Sequence record: NC_062582.1
Direction: 5' to 3' (one strand)
Length of the DNA stretch: 64,000 nucleotides
The notes beneath the pieces are model-generated. The model saw only the letters and a list, made by a program, of their open reading frames with translations. It was not told where the DNA came from and did no database searches. A program made the translations under genes and the position numbers. Every line of letters begins with the position of its first letter. Within the stretch, counting starts at the first letter, position 1. Positions 48,254 to 58,902 of this stretch are shown piece after piece.

Positions 48254-48883
48254 ATGACAATGGATAATAACCTGATTCCATCAATTGGTAAAAAAGGTGT
48301 ATATAAGCTAGACGATCCGTTTGGCGCAGCCTTACAACCATTGGAGATTTATGAACTATCCGCCATTCGGTATTTCGATGATATCGAGAACAATGGTGGT
48401 AATGTTTTTGATCTCTATTACAAACCGTTTGGTCTTACCGAAGCTGACGTACAGACCGACCGTCAAAACCGTGTAGCAATCCTTACTTTACTCACACCAA
48501 AGTATCCTCCTTTATATGTACCAACTAGTTATGTTGTGGCTTATCCAAACATGGATTCCAAGCCCTATAGCCAGTTCGTTCTTACTTTGTCCTTGGGTCC
48601 TCTCCCTAATGATGTAATTCTGGAACCAGCAAAGATTGCTGTGGCCAATGCTGTGAGTGATTTCCTCGGGGTAACCCCTGAAGTATTTGTAGGTGTGATG
48701 CCGTTATCGGATGTAGTCACTCCTGAAGACGATGAGAACCGCGAGGTTACTCGTCAAGCTGCTATCTTAAATCGCACTACCGATTACGCAAGACTGCGTG
48801 AAGCTAATGCTACGATCGCAACTTTAAATCAACAGATTAAGATCTATGAAAAGATCTGCACGGATAATGGTTACATTCCGTAA
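48254..48883 (+). CDS. Conserved hypothetical/virion protein
   Basis: 209-aa ORF in the structural operon. Confidence 0.65.
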   Translation: MTMDNNLIPSIGKKGVYKLDDPFGAALQPLEIYELSAIRYFDDIENNGGNVFDLYYKPFGLTEADVQTDRQNRVAILTLLTPKYPPLYVPTSYVVAYPNMDSKPYSQFVLTLSLGPLPNDVILEPAKIAVANAVSDFLGVTPEVFVGVMPLSDVVTPEDDENREVTRQAAILNRTTDYARLREANATIATLNQQIKIYEKICTDNGYIP

Positions 48884-48936
48884 CTACTTTATGAAACTTA
48901 CCACCCCCTATTCGCAAACAAGTTGGAGTTTAACCA

Positions 48937-50718
48937 ATGGCACGTATTAACGTATATGACTTCGTAAAAAGCATCAGTAAAGAAAGTATCTCTCATCCTG
49001 ATGACACCGCCGTTAAAGTAAACGGTAAAGAAGATCTACCAAAGAACGTACAAGAAGACACCCGTCAAGAAGATCCTACTGATGACGTGGATGCTGAAGT
49101 AAAAGATACTAAAACTACCGAACCTGGTCCTGCCAATGGTGGTGGTGACGGTACTGCTGAATTCAATTCGGCTGAGAAAGCAAAGACTCACGTCAATGTA
49201 AAAGATCTGCACTTTGATGGTGACCAAAACGGCGGTCGTGAACGCGATCAAGCTCCTAACCAAGTAAAAGCTAAAGATGGTCTGTCCGCATCTGACGTAC
49301 GTACTTCTGTTGAAGAACATACTCAGTCCGCGGAAGTTGCTGAACTCGAAACCATTGAAACCGGTGGTGCCGAACAAGTTGAAGCAGCTGACGATCTGGT
49401 TATGGACATTGATAACGAAGCAGAAGAATCCACTGCTGCTGGTATCCTGTCGCAGTCTGAAATTGACAGCGAAGTAATGGGTAAGATCCTGAAAGACGTT
49501 GGTGAACTGGAAAAGGCTAAAGCTTCGGTTGAAGGTTATCTGGGTATTCTGGCAAGCATGCGTAAGCGTGGTGTAGAAATGTCCCCTGAACTTCGTACCA
49601 GTATGGCTATCGGTCTGGAAAGTATTTCCCAAGAACTGTTTCAAACTGAAATCATCACTCTCGAAGATTTCAAATTTTCTAATGAAGCAGAAGGCGGTGA
49701 ATTTGTAGAAGATGACACTGGTTTTGATGGTACTCGCGATAAGACAGAGAAAGGTCTGAGTGCCCGTCTTAAACAGATCTGGGAAGCTATCAAACGTGCT
49801 TACCACCGGAGCCTCAGTGCACTGATCGATCTGTACCGTTCACTTACTACCGATACCGCTAAACTGTCAGAACACCTTAAAGGTCTGCGTAAGCGTGTAG
49901 GTAAATTGGAAGGCGGTAAAGAAATCCAACTGAAGAACTCCACCCGTTTGACTATGGGCGATGAGTTTGTCGGTAACTCCGCAGTCGCTGTTAAACGTAT
50001 TACCAGTGTTGGTAAAGAACTGTTGATTAACTTCCCTAGTCAACTGGTTAAAGTATTCCAGTCCATGGAAAAAGGCACAGGTAATTCGGAAGATAATTTT
50101 GGAGAAACTCTCGATGAGTTCGAGAACGCTATCGAACGTTCGTTTACTTCTCTGCGTCAGTTGTCTAAGAATGATCGTGATAAAGCACCTAGTGGTTTCT
50201 TGGACGTATCTGAACTGAAATGGTCGGAAGCTTTACCTGGTAATCGCGCACTGTATGTTGGTACCAAACGCGCTACTGGTCCAACCAAGGAAATTACCGA
50301 AAGTTCTGACTTTGCTAATACAGTACGTATCAATTTCTCTGCAATGCCAAACGAAAGTACTCATTCCGGTGAACGCACTATCGTTAGTCCAGATGCTGCT
50401 GAGGCAACTGAAGTTATTCGCGCTCTTGAAGATCTGATCTATCAAGTAGCTGCTCGTCGCGAAGGCCAAGATGCTATTAAGAAACTGGTATCGATTACAA
50501 AGTCTAAGACTTGGAATGACATCTTTAGTAGTAAAGGTGCTAACAAATCAACTATCACATCGATGATCATGGCTCAAGGTCTGGCAAGCGCCACCACTTC
50601 TAGTGAACACGCTTTCATTGGTTATGTAATCTCTACCGTTAAGGCTTACATCGGTTTCCTCGAAGGCTCTATCAAAACCGAAATGGGTGGCGATAAAGGC
50701 GAAACCATCGACGCTTAA
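48937..50718 (+). CDS. Inner-head protein precursor (phiKZ gp162 family)
   Basis: Long acidic propeptide, GLE/TLE/SNE sites, W..IKR helical motif. Confidence 0.7.
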   Translation: MARINVYDFVKSISKESISHPDDTAVKVNGKEDLPKNVQEDTRQEDPTDDVDAEVKDTKTTEPGPANGGGDGTAEFNSAEKAKTHVNVKDLHFDGDQNGGRERDQAPNQVKAKDGLSASDVRTSVEEHTQSAEVAELETIETGGAEQVEAADDLVMDIDNEAEESTAAGILSQSEIDSEVMGKILKDVGELEKAKASVEGYLGILASMRKRGVEMSPELRTSMAIGLESISQELFQTEIITLEDFKFSNEAEGGEFVEDDTGFDGTRDKTEKGLSARLKQIWEAIKRAYHRSLSALIDLYRSLTTDTAKLSEHLKGLRKRVGKLEGGKEIQLKNSTRLTMGDEFVGNSAVAVKRITSVGKELLINFPSQLVKVFQSMEKGTGNSEDNFGETLDEFENAIERSFTSLRQLSKNDRDKAPSGFLDVSELKWSEALPGNRALYVGTKRATGPTKEITESSDFANTVRINFSAMPNESTHSGERTIVSPDAAEATEVIRALEDLIYQVAARREGQDAIKKLVSITKSKTWNDIFSSKGANKSTITSMIMAQGLASATTSSEHAFIGYVISTVKAYIGFLEGSIKTEMGGDKGETIDA

Positions 50719-50728
50719 GGAGCGCAGC

Positions 50729-51919
50729 ATGTCCGCAATCGAAAACTTTAACCAAGCTATCACAGACTACGACCAAGTTCAACGTCTGCGCTTAAGCATG
50801 GAACGTTACGCGGATGCTCTTAATGGACGTACTGAGTATAAGGGGGCAGTAGCTGATGTAATTCAGCTCTCCCTCGAATCGATTGACCCTGAATTGAATA
50901 TCAAGGAAGGGTCTGCTATTACTTTGCGTGCACTGAAGGAAGCTGTCAAGGTAGCTGCGAAAGCGGCGGCCGAGATTATTGCTTACATTTGGAATACACT
51001 CAAAGCACTGTACATTAAGTTTACAGGTAGCATTCGACAAGTACGACGTAACCAAGTAGGGATCTCTAAACGTATTGGTGCACTTGGTTCTAAAACAACC
51101 TATGAGAAGATGGCTGTAGCGGGTGTACAACGTTTATCACTTGACGGTGAATTCGTTGGTACTGAAGTTACCAACCTCGATCATATTCGCAGTACCACTG
51201 ACTACATCTTGAATATTTACCCTAAGTCGATTATTAAGATCTCCCGTGAAACATCACGTGGTTTCTTAAATACCTTTGACAATATGGAAGGCGCTTCTAC
51301 AAGAGAAGTAGCTGAAGCTTGTTTAGAACAAGTAGCTGATATTCTGCAACGTAGTTTCCGTCCACCTCCTGGACATCGTCCCGCTAGTCCACGTGAACTC
51401 CCTAGTGGTGAGCGTGATCTTAACCGTGGTGAAATTCTTCCAGGTAACGTGGCATTCTTATTCACCACCCCTGAGACAGTAGCTCGTCAATTACGTGGAA
51501 ACCCCAAAGATCCAGCAGAAGTGTTGGAGAAAGGTTTTGTAATGCAGTTCTCTGAATTGCAGTTAAACGTAGCTGACCGTTCTGAACGCGAAATCGAAGT
51601 ACCATCTGTTGAGAAACTCAAAGAACTCAATGACATGATCTCACGTATTCTCAACCTAGCTGAACGTGGTGAGGATGGTATCAAAGACTTCAGTTCTGTA
51701 AAAACTGTTGTTGATGATGCTATTCGTCAGATCGCTGATCGCACTACAGAACAAGATAGTAAGCCAGCAGCAGATACCGTGTTGCACTTGATTGGTGTTA
51801 TCTCCAAGAAGCTTGCTGAACCAATGGGTCACTACACTCATTGGCTTGCCGTAACACTGAACGTATACCTTACTTTCATTGGTCACTGCATCGATCATTA
51901 CGAACGCCAAGGCGTTTAA
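50729..51919 (+). CDS. Inner-head protein (phiKZ gp163 family)
   Basis: SME/SLE sites; IW..LK motif paralogous to the upstream gene. Confidence 0.7.
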   Translation: MSAIENFNQAITDYDQVQRLRLSMERYADALNGRTEYKGAVADVIQLSLESIDPELNIKEGSAITLRALKEAVKVAAKAAAEIIAYIWNTLKALYIKFTGSIRQVRRNQVGISKRIGALGSKTTYEKMAVAGVQRLSLDGEFVGTEVTNLDHIRSTTDYILNIYPKSIIKISRETSRGFLNTFDNMEGASTREVAEACLEQVADILQRSFRPPPGHRPASPRELPSGERDLNRGEILPGNVAFLFTTPETVARQLRGNPKDPAEVLEKGFVMQFSELQLNVADRSEREIEVPSVEKLKELNDMISRILNLAERGEDGIKDFSSVKTVVDDAIRQIADRTTEQDSKPAADTVLHLIGVISKKLAEPMGHYTHWLAVTLNVYLTFIGHCIDHYERQGV

Positions 51920-51960
51920 CGACATAATCGCCTTCCCCACAAGGGAAGGCTTTATGCTGT
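51919..51960. terminator. Bidirectional terminator
   Basis: acgacataatc-gccttccc-caca-agggaaggc-tttatgctgt. Confidence 0.8.
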
Positions 51961-51961
51961 C

Positions 51962-52222
51962 TCAGCTACTAATCATGAAATCAGGACGACCTGTTGCAGT
52001 GTCATCACAACTTGCTCTACATCCGGCGAACACTACAGCTATGCCATCAATATTCATCTTAACGGAACCTTGTACCATTACAGCCCTTAGGTGAGAACCG
52101 TGAGGAGCTACAGGCGATCCAATGGTTGCAGCAGGTTGTCCACGATAAAAGAATTTGGATTGGGTACCTGGTAGGATTAACCCACCGGCTGTATCCATAT
52201 TACAAATAGATATTCCTGGCAT
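51962..52222 (-). CDS. PAAR-type spike-tip protein
   Basis: [31 protein letters not shown]; TAATG-coupled to the spike gene. Confidence 0.8.
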   Translation of the reverse strand: MPGISICNMDTAGGLILPGTQSKFFYRGQPAATIGSPVAPHGSHLRAVMVQGSVKMNIDGIAVVFAGCRASCDDTATGRPDFMISS

Positions 52223-53055
52223 TAGATAAAGTTCCACCTAGTTGCAGTGTTGTTATAAGTAGTAGACTTATCATTGATAGTCGTACCGTTTCGATTAACC
52301 GTTGTAGCTGTCTTCGTATCCGTCTCAGTTTTAGAATCGATTGCACTTGGCGTCAAGGACATCTTAGTACCACCCACAGTAAAATGAATAGCTGAATCTG
52401 CAATCAAGTCAATGATTTGTTTTTCTGCTCTGATGATACTACCAGCAGCGTTCTTAAACATACAACGGCCAGCAGCAGAGTTGATCTCCATGTAGTTACC
52501 AACATCATCTGTTAATCCAGCAAAACTATCTTTGGCATTAATCTGGAAGGTATACCTAAATTCCTCGCCATTAGCTTTACTGGTACTGAACGTAATGTGG
52601 CCATCCATTGGAGACCAGATACTGTAATAACAATTGCTAAAGTCTAAACCACAACCAGAGATATTTGGTGTAGCCCCATACATGGTGATAACGGATTCCA
52701 GTGTACGCAGATGGTTACGTAAACCCATGCATGTCCAGAAGTATTGTGACGTATCACCTAGACGATAGATCATCACCAACTCACCACGTTGTACATCCGG
52801 CGGTGTTACACGGTTACCTTCCATTGGTAGCCACTCACATTCGATGTCACGTGCAGATGTTGATTTAACTTGGTACTCTGTCCCATCCTCATTAAAGCCT
52901 TTTAGGATGTCTTCTTGTGGGGCGTGTGTAACTTCCCCATCAGTACCGGAAGCAATCTCTACTGGTAGCGCATTAATAAAACGAGACTTACGATCTTTAG
53001 GAATTGTTACTTGACCGATGGAATAAGGATGAAAGATAGATGGAACTTGTGCCAT
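52222..53055 (-). CDS. Central tail spike (gp5/VgrG-like OB fold plus beta-helix; phiKZ gp164-like)
   Basis: WLP..NR.TPPDV..GE.V.IY..GD..YW motif; beta-strand-rich C-terminus; adjacent PAAR gene. Confidence 0.75.
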   Translation of the reverse strand: MAQVPSIFHPYSIGQVTIPKDRKSRFINALPVEIASGTDGEVTHAPQEDILKGFNEDGTEYQVKSTSARDIECEWLPMEGNRVTPPDVQRGELVMIYRLGDTSQYFWTCMGLRNHLRTLESVITMYGATPNISGCGLDFSNCYYSIWSPMDGHITFSTSKANGEEFRYTFQINAKDSFAGLTDDVGNYMEINSAAGRCMFKNAAGSIIRAEKQIIDLIADSAIHFTVGGTKMSLTPSAIDSKTETDTKTATTVNRNGTTINDKSTTYNNTATRWNFI

Positions 53056-53114
53056 AGTAGAACCTTTTTACTCAAGTGAATATAAGTATAGTTAATTAAT
53101 TGCGAGTTATTGAA

Positions 53115-55610
53115 ATGTACATTACTCTATTTCGTTTGTCCAAGTATAAACGCTTGATGATGTCTAACATTCAATCTTTTGAATGGACACCAACAAAGAA
53201 CCTGTTGATCATGATTGGATCTAACGGTTCCGGTAAATCGTCTATTATGGATGAGTTGTCGCCTATACCATCACGTCACACAAACTTTGAAAAAGGCGGC
53301 GAGAAAGAATTTCATTGTACGCATAACGGTTCTCGTTATCTGTTGTTATCCAAATATGGTCATGGTACCGGTTCACATAGTTTCCAACGTGACAATCAAG
53401 AACTCAATCCAGGCGGTACTTTTAAAGTACAGGAAGATTTGTGTTACCAAGAGTTTGGGCTTACTAAAGAACTCCATGACATCTGTACAGGTCGTATTAA
53501 GTTCACCCAGTTGTCCACAGCTAAGCGTCGTGAAATCCTTACACGTATGTCAGTTGTTAACCTGGATGAAACCTTTGATCTGTTCAGAGCATTGAAGAAT
53601 GAGCACCGTTCTCAGAAAGGGGTAGTGGATACTATTACCAAACGTCTGGTGAATGACAATGGTGATATTCCTTCTGATTCTGAAATGAATCTGATGAAGC
53701 AAGAAACTCTGCGAATGAACAATCGCTTGAACATGTTGTTTCAAGAGAAAGGTCAACCAAAGAAAAGTTTCTTTAGTAACCTTGGTGAAGCACAAGCTGA
53801 ATTGGAAGGGATCATTCGGTCAGCTAAAGATGTTCTGTATCGTTATCCGTACATGCCTAAGAAACTGATTGTAAAAGATCATACCGAGTATCAAGCTGAA
53901 TATGCATTGGCTCGTGAACAGTACAGTGCGATTAAAGCTGTTATCAACCGCATGGCGGAAGAACTGGACAACTTACGCAGTACGACTCCAGATCAGATTG
54001 AAATCGCCCCAGAGACAATCACAGAGCTTTCTGATGCAGTTGCAGTATTGGAGAAAGAGATCCGTGAACTGGAACCACAACTCCGTACTTATAACGAAGC
54101 GGAATCATTCCCTCTGGTGTCTTTCGATTTGATGGGGGACAGTAGTCGTAAGCTCGATACATTGTTCGAACGTCTTTATGAAGCTATGAATGCATTCCCA
54201 GAGAACGCCTCTGGTGAAATGAACAAAGGTACAGCTGCTACTCGTTCTGAACGATTGAAAGCTTTGAAGGTAATGCGTAATCAACTCGATAGCAAATACA
54301 CACAGATATCACAACGTGTAGCTAGACTAAAAGGTTGTGAGTCGGTTGTATGTCCTAAGTGTGAACATGATTTCAAACCGGGTGTTGATCCTAACGAAGC
54401 AGGGAATCTAGAAAAGGTTTTAGAGAGTCTGTCTGATCAACTAGATGAATTGGATACCGAAGCAAAAGGTCACGAAGAATATCTTGAACGTTTCCAAGAG
54501 TATTGTGGTCATGTACACAACTATACTCAGATCACTCGTGAATACCGTGAGTTCGATAAGCTTTGGGAATTCATTGGTAGTCGGTCTATCATGTATCGTA
54601 CACCAGCCGCCCATAAAGGTAAGTTGTTGGAATGGTATCACATGATGGAGCTTCACGTAGCAATGCGTCTGAAGACCCAAACATTGAACGTTAAGTCTAA
54701 ACGACTAGCTGAGCTTAAGGCAATCGATAAAGACGCTGTAGCGTACACACGTGAACGCTGTGAGGCTTTGGAACACGAGATCAACACTAAGTATACATCT
54801 GCACAGGACTTGAGTTCCTTTCTGTCTGAAATGCAACAATGTGAAACAGAGATCTTGCGTAATATCAACGAAATCGAAGACATTGTACGCAAGTATACCG
54901 ATTGGCGTAACCGTGTACAGCAACACGCTGAATGGTGTTTGGAACAGGCTTATACCGCAGAGATCTCCTCGATCCACGTAAAGCTTGCCGAGACAACTCG
55001 TACACTACATCAAATGGAACAACGTGAAACTACAATCAGGGCACTGGAGAATGAAGTAACTAACTCTACAACGATCATGGATGACTTGGGTATTCTCATT
55101 AAAGGGATTTCCCCTAATGGTGGTTTGCTGGGTCGTTACCTGATGGGATTCATGCAAGGTGTAGTTACAATCGTTAACGCATATATCGATGAAGTCTGGA
55201 CTTACCCAATGGAGGTATTGCCTTCTAAAGTAGATCGTGATGAACTCGACTATAACTTCCCACTCAAGGTTGCAGGTGGTAAAGTTATTGCTGCGGATAT
55301 CTCTAACGGTTCTGATAGTCAGTTGGAGATCGTTAACTTTGGTTTCTGTATGGCAATGCGTAAGTTCTTCCATCTGGATGAATTCCCATTGTTCCTAGAT
55401 GAAACTGGTCGTACCTTTGACGAACAACATCGTGAGAATTTTATCCCGTTTGTAAACCGTTTGATTGAGAATGGTCAGTTCCGTCAAGTGTTCTTTATTA
55501 GTCACTTCAGTTCTCAACATGGTGCATTCAACCAAGCCGAGATCATGGTACTTGATCCTACCAACGTAACTGTTCCCGAAGTCTACAATAAGAACGTTTT
55601 GATTAAGTGA
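53115..55610 (+). CDS. sbcC: SbcC/Rad50-like SMC ATPase (phiKZ gp165-like)
   Basis: GSNGSGKS Walker A, coiled coils, CPKC zinc hook, SNGSDSQ signature, FLDE Walker B, ISH. Confidence 0.9.
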   Translation: MYITLFRLSKYKRLMMSNIQSFEWTPTKNLLIMIGSNGSGKSSIMDELSPIPSRHTNFEKGGEKEFHCTHNGSRYLLLSKYGHGTGSHSFQRDNQELNPGGTFKVQEDLCYQEFGLTKELHDICTGRIKFTQLSTAKRREILTRMSVVNLDETFDLFRALKNEHRSQKGVVDTITKRLVNDNGDIPSDSEMNLMKQETLRMNNRLNMLFQEKGQPKKSFFSNLGEAQAELEGIIRSAKDVLYRYPYMPKKLIVKDHTEYQAEYALAREQYSAIKAVINRMAEELDNLRSTTPDQIEIAPETITELSDAVAVLEKEIRELEPQLRTYNEAESFPLVSFDLMGDSSRKLDTLFERLYEAMNAFPENASGEMNKGTAATRSERLKALKVMRNQLDSKYTQISQRVARLKGCESVVCPKCEHDFKPGVDPNEAGNLEKVLESLSDQLDELDTEAKGHEEYLERFQEYCGHVHNYTQITREYREFDKLWEFIGSRSIMYRTPAAHKGKLLEWYHMMELHVAMRLKTQTLNVKSKRLAELKAIDKDAVAYTRERCEALEHEINTKYTSAQDLSSFLSEMQQCETEILRNINEIEDIVRKYTDWRNRVQQHAEWCLEQAYTAEISSIHVKLAETTRTLHQMEQRETTIRALENEVTNSTTIMDDLGILIKGISPNGGLLGRYLMGFMQGVVTIVNAYIDEVWTYPMEVLPSKVDRDELDYNFPLKVAGGKVIAADISNGSDSQLEIVNFGFCMAMRKFFHLDEFPLFLDETGRTFDEQHRENFIPFVNRLIENGQFRQVFFISHFSSQHGAFNQAEIMVLDPTNVTVPEVYNKNVLIK

Positions 55611-55617
55611 GGTTAAT

Positions 55618-55752
55618 ATGTTTCCAGATGTACCTGTAAGTCCGTGGGAAATTGCTATAGTCGCATCCTTCATCGTACCTTACGTTGTGTTTGCACTTTG
55701 GAATATCTTAGCAATGAATTCACCCGAATATAAAAACCGTAAGATCTTCTAA
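55618..55752 (+). CDS. 44-aa single-pass membrane peptide (below track cutoff)
   Basis: GAGG RBS; MFPDVPVSPWEIAIVASFIVPYVVFALWNILAM... Confidence 0.6.
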   Translation: MFPDVPVSPWEIAIVASFIVPYVVFALWNILAMNSPEYKNRKIF

Positions 55753-55756
55753 ATTA

Positions 55757-55800
55757 AGGTCCTCTCTTCGGAGAGGGCTTTATGTCGTTAATAGATTTTT
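55757..55800 (+). terminator. Terminator hairpin
   Basis: cctctc-TTCG-gagagg-gctttatgtcgt. Confidence 0.75.
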
Positions 55801-55832
55801 TTCTAAATCTATATTACCTATCTGAATGTTAA
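55801..55832 (+). promoter_or_regulatory. Early promoter (TATATTAC)
   Basis: TATATTAC at 55810-55817; near-identical to 6345-6375. Confidence 0.75.
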
Positions 55833-55845
55833 TCGAGACTATGTC

Positions 55846-56037
55846 ATGCGAATACTGGAACTTATTCAAAACAAAGAAACATTAAAGGAGCGTTACTATT
55901 ACGAAGAACGTTTCAATATGGTTCGTGACGGTAAAGGTAGGGATTCAAATCGTTTTGATCGTTGTGCACAGCCAGACCGTAAGCTTTCGGCTGAATCAGG
56001 TAATCGCGAACTAACCGCAATGAAACCACGTATGTAA
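55846..56037 (+). CDS. Small early protein, 63 aa
   Basis: First ORF after the promoter; GAG RBS. Confidence 0.5.
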   Translation: MRILELIQNKETLKERYYYEERFNMVRDGKGRDSNRFDRCAQPDRKLSAESGNRELTAMKPRM

Positions 56038-56047
56038 GGAACAAGTA

Positions 56048-56248
56048 ATGACTGAAGAAAGTACCGATGACACTTGGAAGCTAAGTCCTAAAGGTGTAGA
56101 CGTAGTCCGCAGCGGTGTCCCACGCGGCGCGCAGTCAGATAACTTTATTGTTTCTCGCCCGGATGAATTATCCAAAGAACAGTTCTATACTCGTAGGACT
56201 TATGAAACAGCCATGGGCCATTATGTCGCTGGCCGCCATCAAGATTAA
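56048..56248 (+). CDS. Small early protein, 66 aa
   Basis: TAAGGA RBS. Confidence 0.6.
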   Translation: MTEESTDDTWKLSPKGVDVVRSGVPRGAQSDNFIVSRPDELSKEQFYTRRTYETAMGHYVAGRHQD

Positions 56249-56262
56249 AAAGGAAACGTAAC

Positions 56263-56397
56263 ATGATTAAGAAAGTACTGCTAGCAGCTTCTGTAGTAAC
56301 CGCTATTGCAATTGGTGGGGCTTATGCATTCTACCGTACACCTGAAACAGATCCATCCTCACAAGAGGCTGAACGCCCTATCAACCTCGACGACTAA
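56263..56397 (+). CDS. 44-aa peptide with a signal/anchor helix (below track cutoff)
   Basis: AAGGA RBS; MIKKVLLAASVVTAIAIGGAYAFY... Confidence 0.6.
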   Translation: MIKKVLLAASVVTAIAIGGAYAFYRTPETDPSSQEAERPINLDD

Positions 56398-56398
56398 T

Positions 56399-56869
56399 AT
56401 GTTTAAACGTTTTGTCGATTTGAAAAAGCATTATGGCACAGAGACCATGATCGAAGTTGTTCTTGATGCTGATCGACGAAGCGAATTAACTGATCGACCG
56501 TTGTATAAGAACGGTAGAGTTATTCGTATGTTTTTCAGCAAAAGGGATGGGTTAGTAGCTTACGATTATAACACAATGGGAGTTGGTGTGATCAGAAAGG
56601 TTGATGAACGATACCTTGAAGCTCTTGTCATCTCTGCTGTTGACTTTGCTGCCATCACTGGTAAGTTTGCTAGGGATCGCGTTAGAGTAGACGTAGACGC
56701 GATTATAGACGGTATTGAGGATAATAACAAAGATACTTTGAAAGACAACATTGTTGGTATTTCCATTGTAGTTGGATTTACTATTTTATCTATTGCTGGA
56801 GCTATGTTACGTAATGGTAGCCCTAGTTCTCCAGTACCCACTCCTAAGCCTAAAACAACGAGGAGATAA
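56399..56869 (+). CDS. Hypothetical protein with a C-terminal TM helix
   Basis: ATG 1 nt after the upstream stop (track start 56306). Confidence 0.6.
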   Translation: MFKRFVDLKKHYGTETMIEVVLDADRRSELTDRPLYKNGRVIRMFFSKRDGLVAYDYNTMGVGVIRKVDERYLEALVISAVDFAAITGKFARDRVRVDVDAIIDGIEDNNKDTLKDNIVGISIVVGFTILSIAGAMLRNGSPSSPVPTPKPKTTRR

Positions 56870-56944
56870 CTTCTACTTGACGCTATAAAGATGTACTAGA
56901 CTAAGAGCAACTGAGGGAGGCTCTTTATGCTTTTAATCTATATA

Positions 56945-56978
56945 ACAGCATATAGCCTTCCCGTAGGAAGGCGTATAT
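56945..56978. terminator. Hairpin between convergent genes
   Basis: gccttcc-cgta-ggaaggc. Confidence 0.7.
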
Positions 56979-56983
56979 TCATT

Positions 56984-57496
56984 TCATGTAATACCTAATT
57001 CTTCTTCTTCAGCACGACGTGCAGCTTCAGCAATTGGGTCCATACGTTTATTGAAAGCATCAACCGTTTCATTCTCAACACCGATGAAACCAATACCTTC
57101 GTTGTGAGTGAATTCACCTAAGGCTTCAATTGGAATCTCTTCGTGAGTGTTACGACTAACCACAGGTTCCTTGGACATCAATGGGTTACTGTTACCATTC
57201 TGAATAGCGACCAAAGTAAGTGCTTTAAGGATATCAGCGTTAGACCCACCATTCTGTTCCTCAACAGCGTTACGCTTGTTGGTGAGAGTAGTACGATCCA
57301 TGGAGTCAGCAACCTTCAGTAATAGTTCAACACTATCTTTGTCTGTAGGTACACCGCCATCCACTTGGCTTGTTGAAAGTTTATGCAAAATACGCGCTTT
57401 AATACGTTGGGTATGTTGGATCTGCTGATCGTAATCCAACGTGGCGTAATCGATGTCCGGTTCGACTGGGATAAAAACTGCAACTGGTTTGTCCAT
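56984..57496 (-). CDS. Conserved hypothetical protein
   Basis: ATG 57496 with CAGGT RBS (track start 57553). Confidence 0.6.
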   Translation of the reverse strand: MDKPVAVFIPVEPDIDYATLDYDQQIQHTQRIKARILHKLSTSQVDGGVPTDKDSVELLLKVADSMDRTTLTNKRNAVEEQNGGSNADILKALTLVAIQNGNSNPLMSKEPVVSRNTHEEIPIEALGEFTHNEGIGFIGVENETVDAFNKRMDPIAEAARRAEEEELGIT

Positions 57497-57552
57497 AATT
57501 AAATACCTGACAGGATAAAATATGTTGTGAAAAACTAAAAGGGGTATATACA

Positions 57553-58083
57553 ATGTGGGCTAAGCTTCAACGTTACTTTGAAAGAAAGACTAATGGATTC
57601 AAAAAGAAACAATATTTGAACCTATTGTCTGAACTGGAACATCCTCATGTAACACTTGAACACCTGCCATTAATGCTGGTATCGTTCTGGAATCAATTCG
57701 ATATCAAGACATTGGATAGCATCAGTGCACAAGAGTGGATGTACATTACAACAACGTTAAACCACAACAACATTGCTGAACTAATCTATGCTACGCAAGA
57801 CTTCACCAACGCGATCGCACAGGACGATTACGGGGTAATTGAACTTGCAGCACAAGAACGATTCAAGGTGGCAACCTATCTGGATATGGATACATACCTG
57901 TCTGGACTTAATGGCGAAGTCATTGATGCAATGTATGCATTCAAGTCACTAAAAGATAACATTCATCGACATGGGGAGATTATTGAAAACGTAGAGCAAT
58001 TGGCATACCGTCGATTCCTACACCGTTACTACAAAGATCTACAAACCCTAACGATTCTACTGGTAAACAACATTAAGGTGTAA
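57553..58083 (+). CDS. Conserved hypothetical protein
   Basis: AAGGGG RBS; 176 aa. Confidence 0.65.
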   Translation: MWAKLQRYFERKTNGFKKKQYLNLLSELEHPHVTLEHLPLMLVSFWNQFDIKTLDSISAQEWMYITTTLNHNNIAELIYATQDFTNAIAQDDYGVIELAAQERFKVATYLDMDTYLSGLNGEVIDAMYAFKSLKDNIHRHGEIIENVEQLAYRRFLHRYYKDLQTLTILLVNNIKV

Positions 58084-58142
58084 TTATACCCAAGTCTCTT
58101 TAAAGCTCTATCAATCTTTGTTTAATCACCGTAGGTGTAAAA

Positions 58143-58898
58143 ATGGATTCCATTAAAGATCTTTTATCCGACCCGATGAAGGGTACCAAGCAAGCTAACG
58201 GCGTTTTGTGTTATCTCTTTCGAGAAGTATTGTTGTGGCGTAAAGTAAACCAGTTCTCTTGGAATCGAATGTCCAGGAACTATTTTGCTAAACCTCATAA
58301 CCAAATCAATCCCGATAAAGGTAACTTGCATAAAGTGCTGAAAGCGGATGACATGCGTTGGGAAGGATTTAAGAAAGCGGTAGACTTTCTCAGTCCCGTT
58401 AAAACCACGATGGAGGTGAAACTTACATGGGTTGACTATTCCGAGTCGACTTATGTTGTCAACGTTGATCCTCTTGATGATGACTCTAATCCGGTAGCGA
58501 ATGATCTGCCTTGGCGCGATTGTGAACTGTTCGAAGGACGAGACAAAGCTTCTACATTGATGGCACATCTGTTCCGTCACATCGTGGCTGTAGAAGGGGC
58601 TAAGCAAAAAGACATCAAGCTGTGGTGGGCTAAGTTGTTTGACGACTATACCAAGAACCCAGTCAACGTAGTCGGGTTACCACAGAAAGAAATCAACACC
58701 AATGCAAACAACCTAAAGCGACAACTGCTCGATCCAAACTTGAGTTGGAATAACTTTCGACGTGGATTGTATTTGCTGCATCCCCGCAGTGAAGAATACA
58801 CGTTGAAAATGAAATGGACAGAAGACCCAACCCTGGCTCGATCCCTGCCAGATTCTGTTCATAGCGCAACGATTACCGATCCGTATTTCGTGGAGTAA
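58143..58898 (+). CDS. Hypothetical protein with two internal homologous domains
   Basis: YLFR..W..Y..P.N..NL..L..W..F..L.P..W pattern occurs twice. Confidence 0.7.
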   Translation: MDSIKDLLSDPMKGTKQANGVLCYLFREVLLWRKVNQFSWNRMSRNYFAKPHNQINPDKGNLHKVLKADDMRWEGFKKAVDFLSPVKTTMEVKLTWVDYSESTYVVNVDPLDDDSNPVANDLPWRDCELFEGRDKASTLMAHLFRHIVAVEGAKQKDIKLWWAKLFDDYTKNPVNVVGLPQKEINTNANNLKRQLLDPNLSWNNFRRGLYLLHPRSEEYTLKMKWTEDPTLARSLPDSVHSATITDPYFVE

Positions 58899-58902
58899 GA
58901 GA

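Noticed and set aside
48937-51919. Repeated S/G/T-x-E motifs and acidic propeptides in head proteins
   Set aside because: Real, but already known phiKZ prohead-protease processing; not novel
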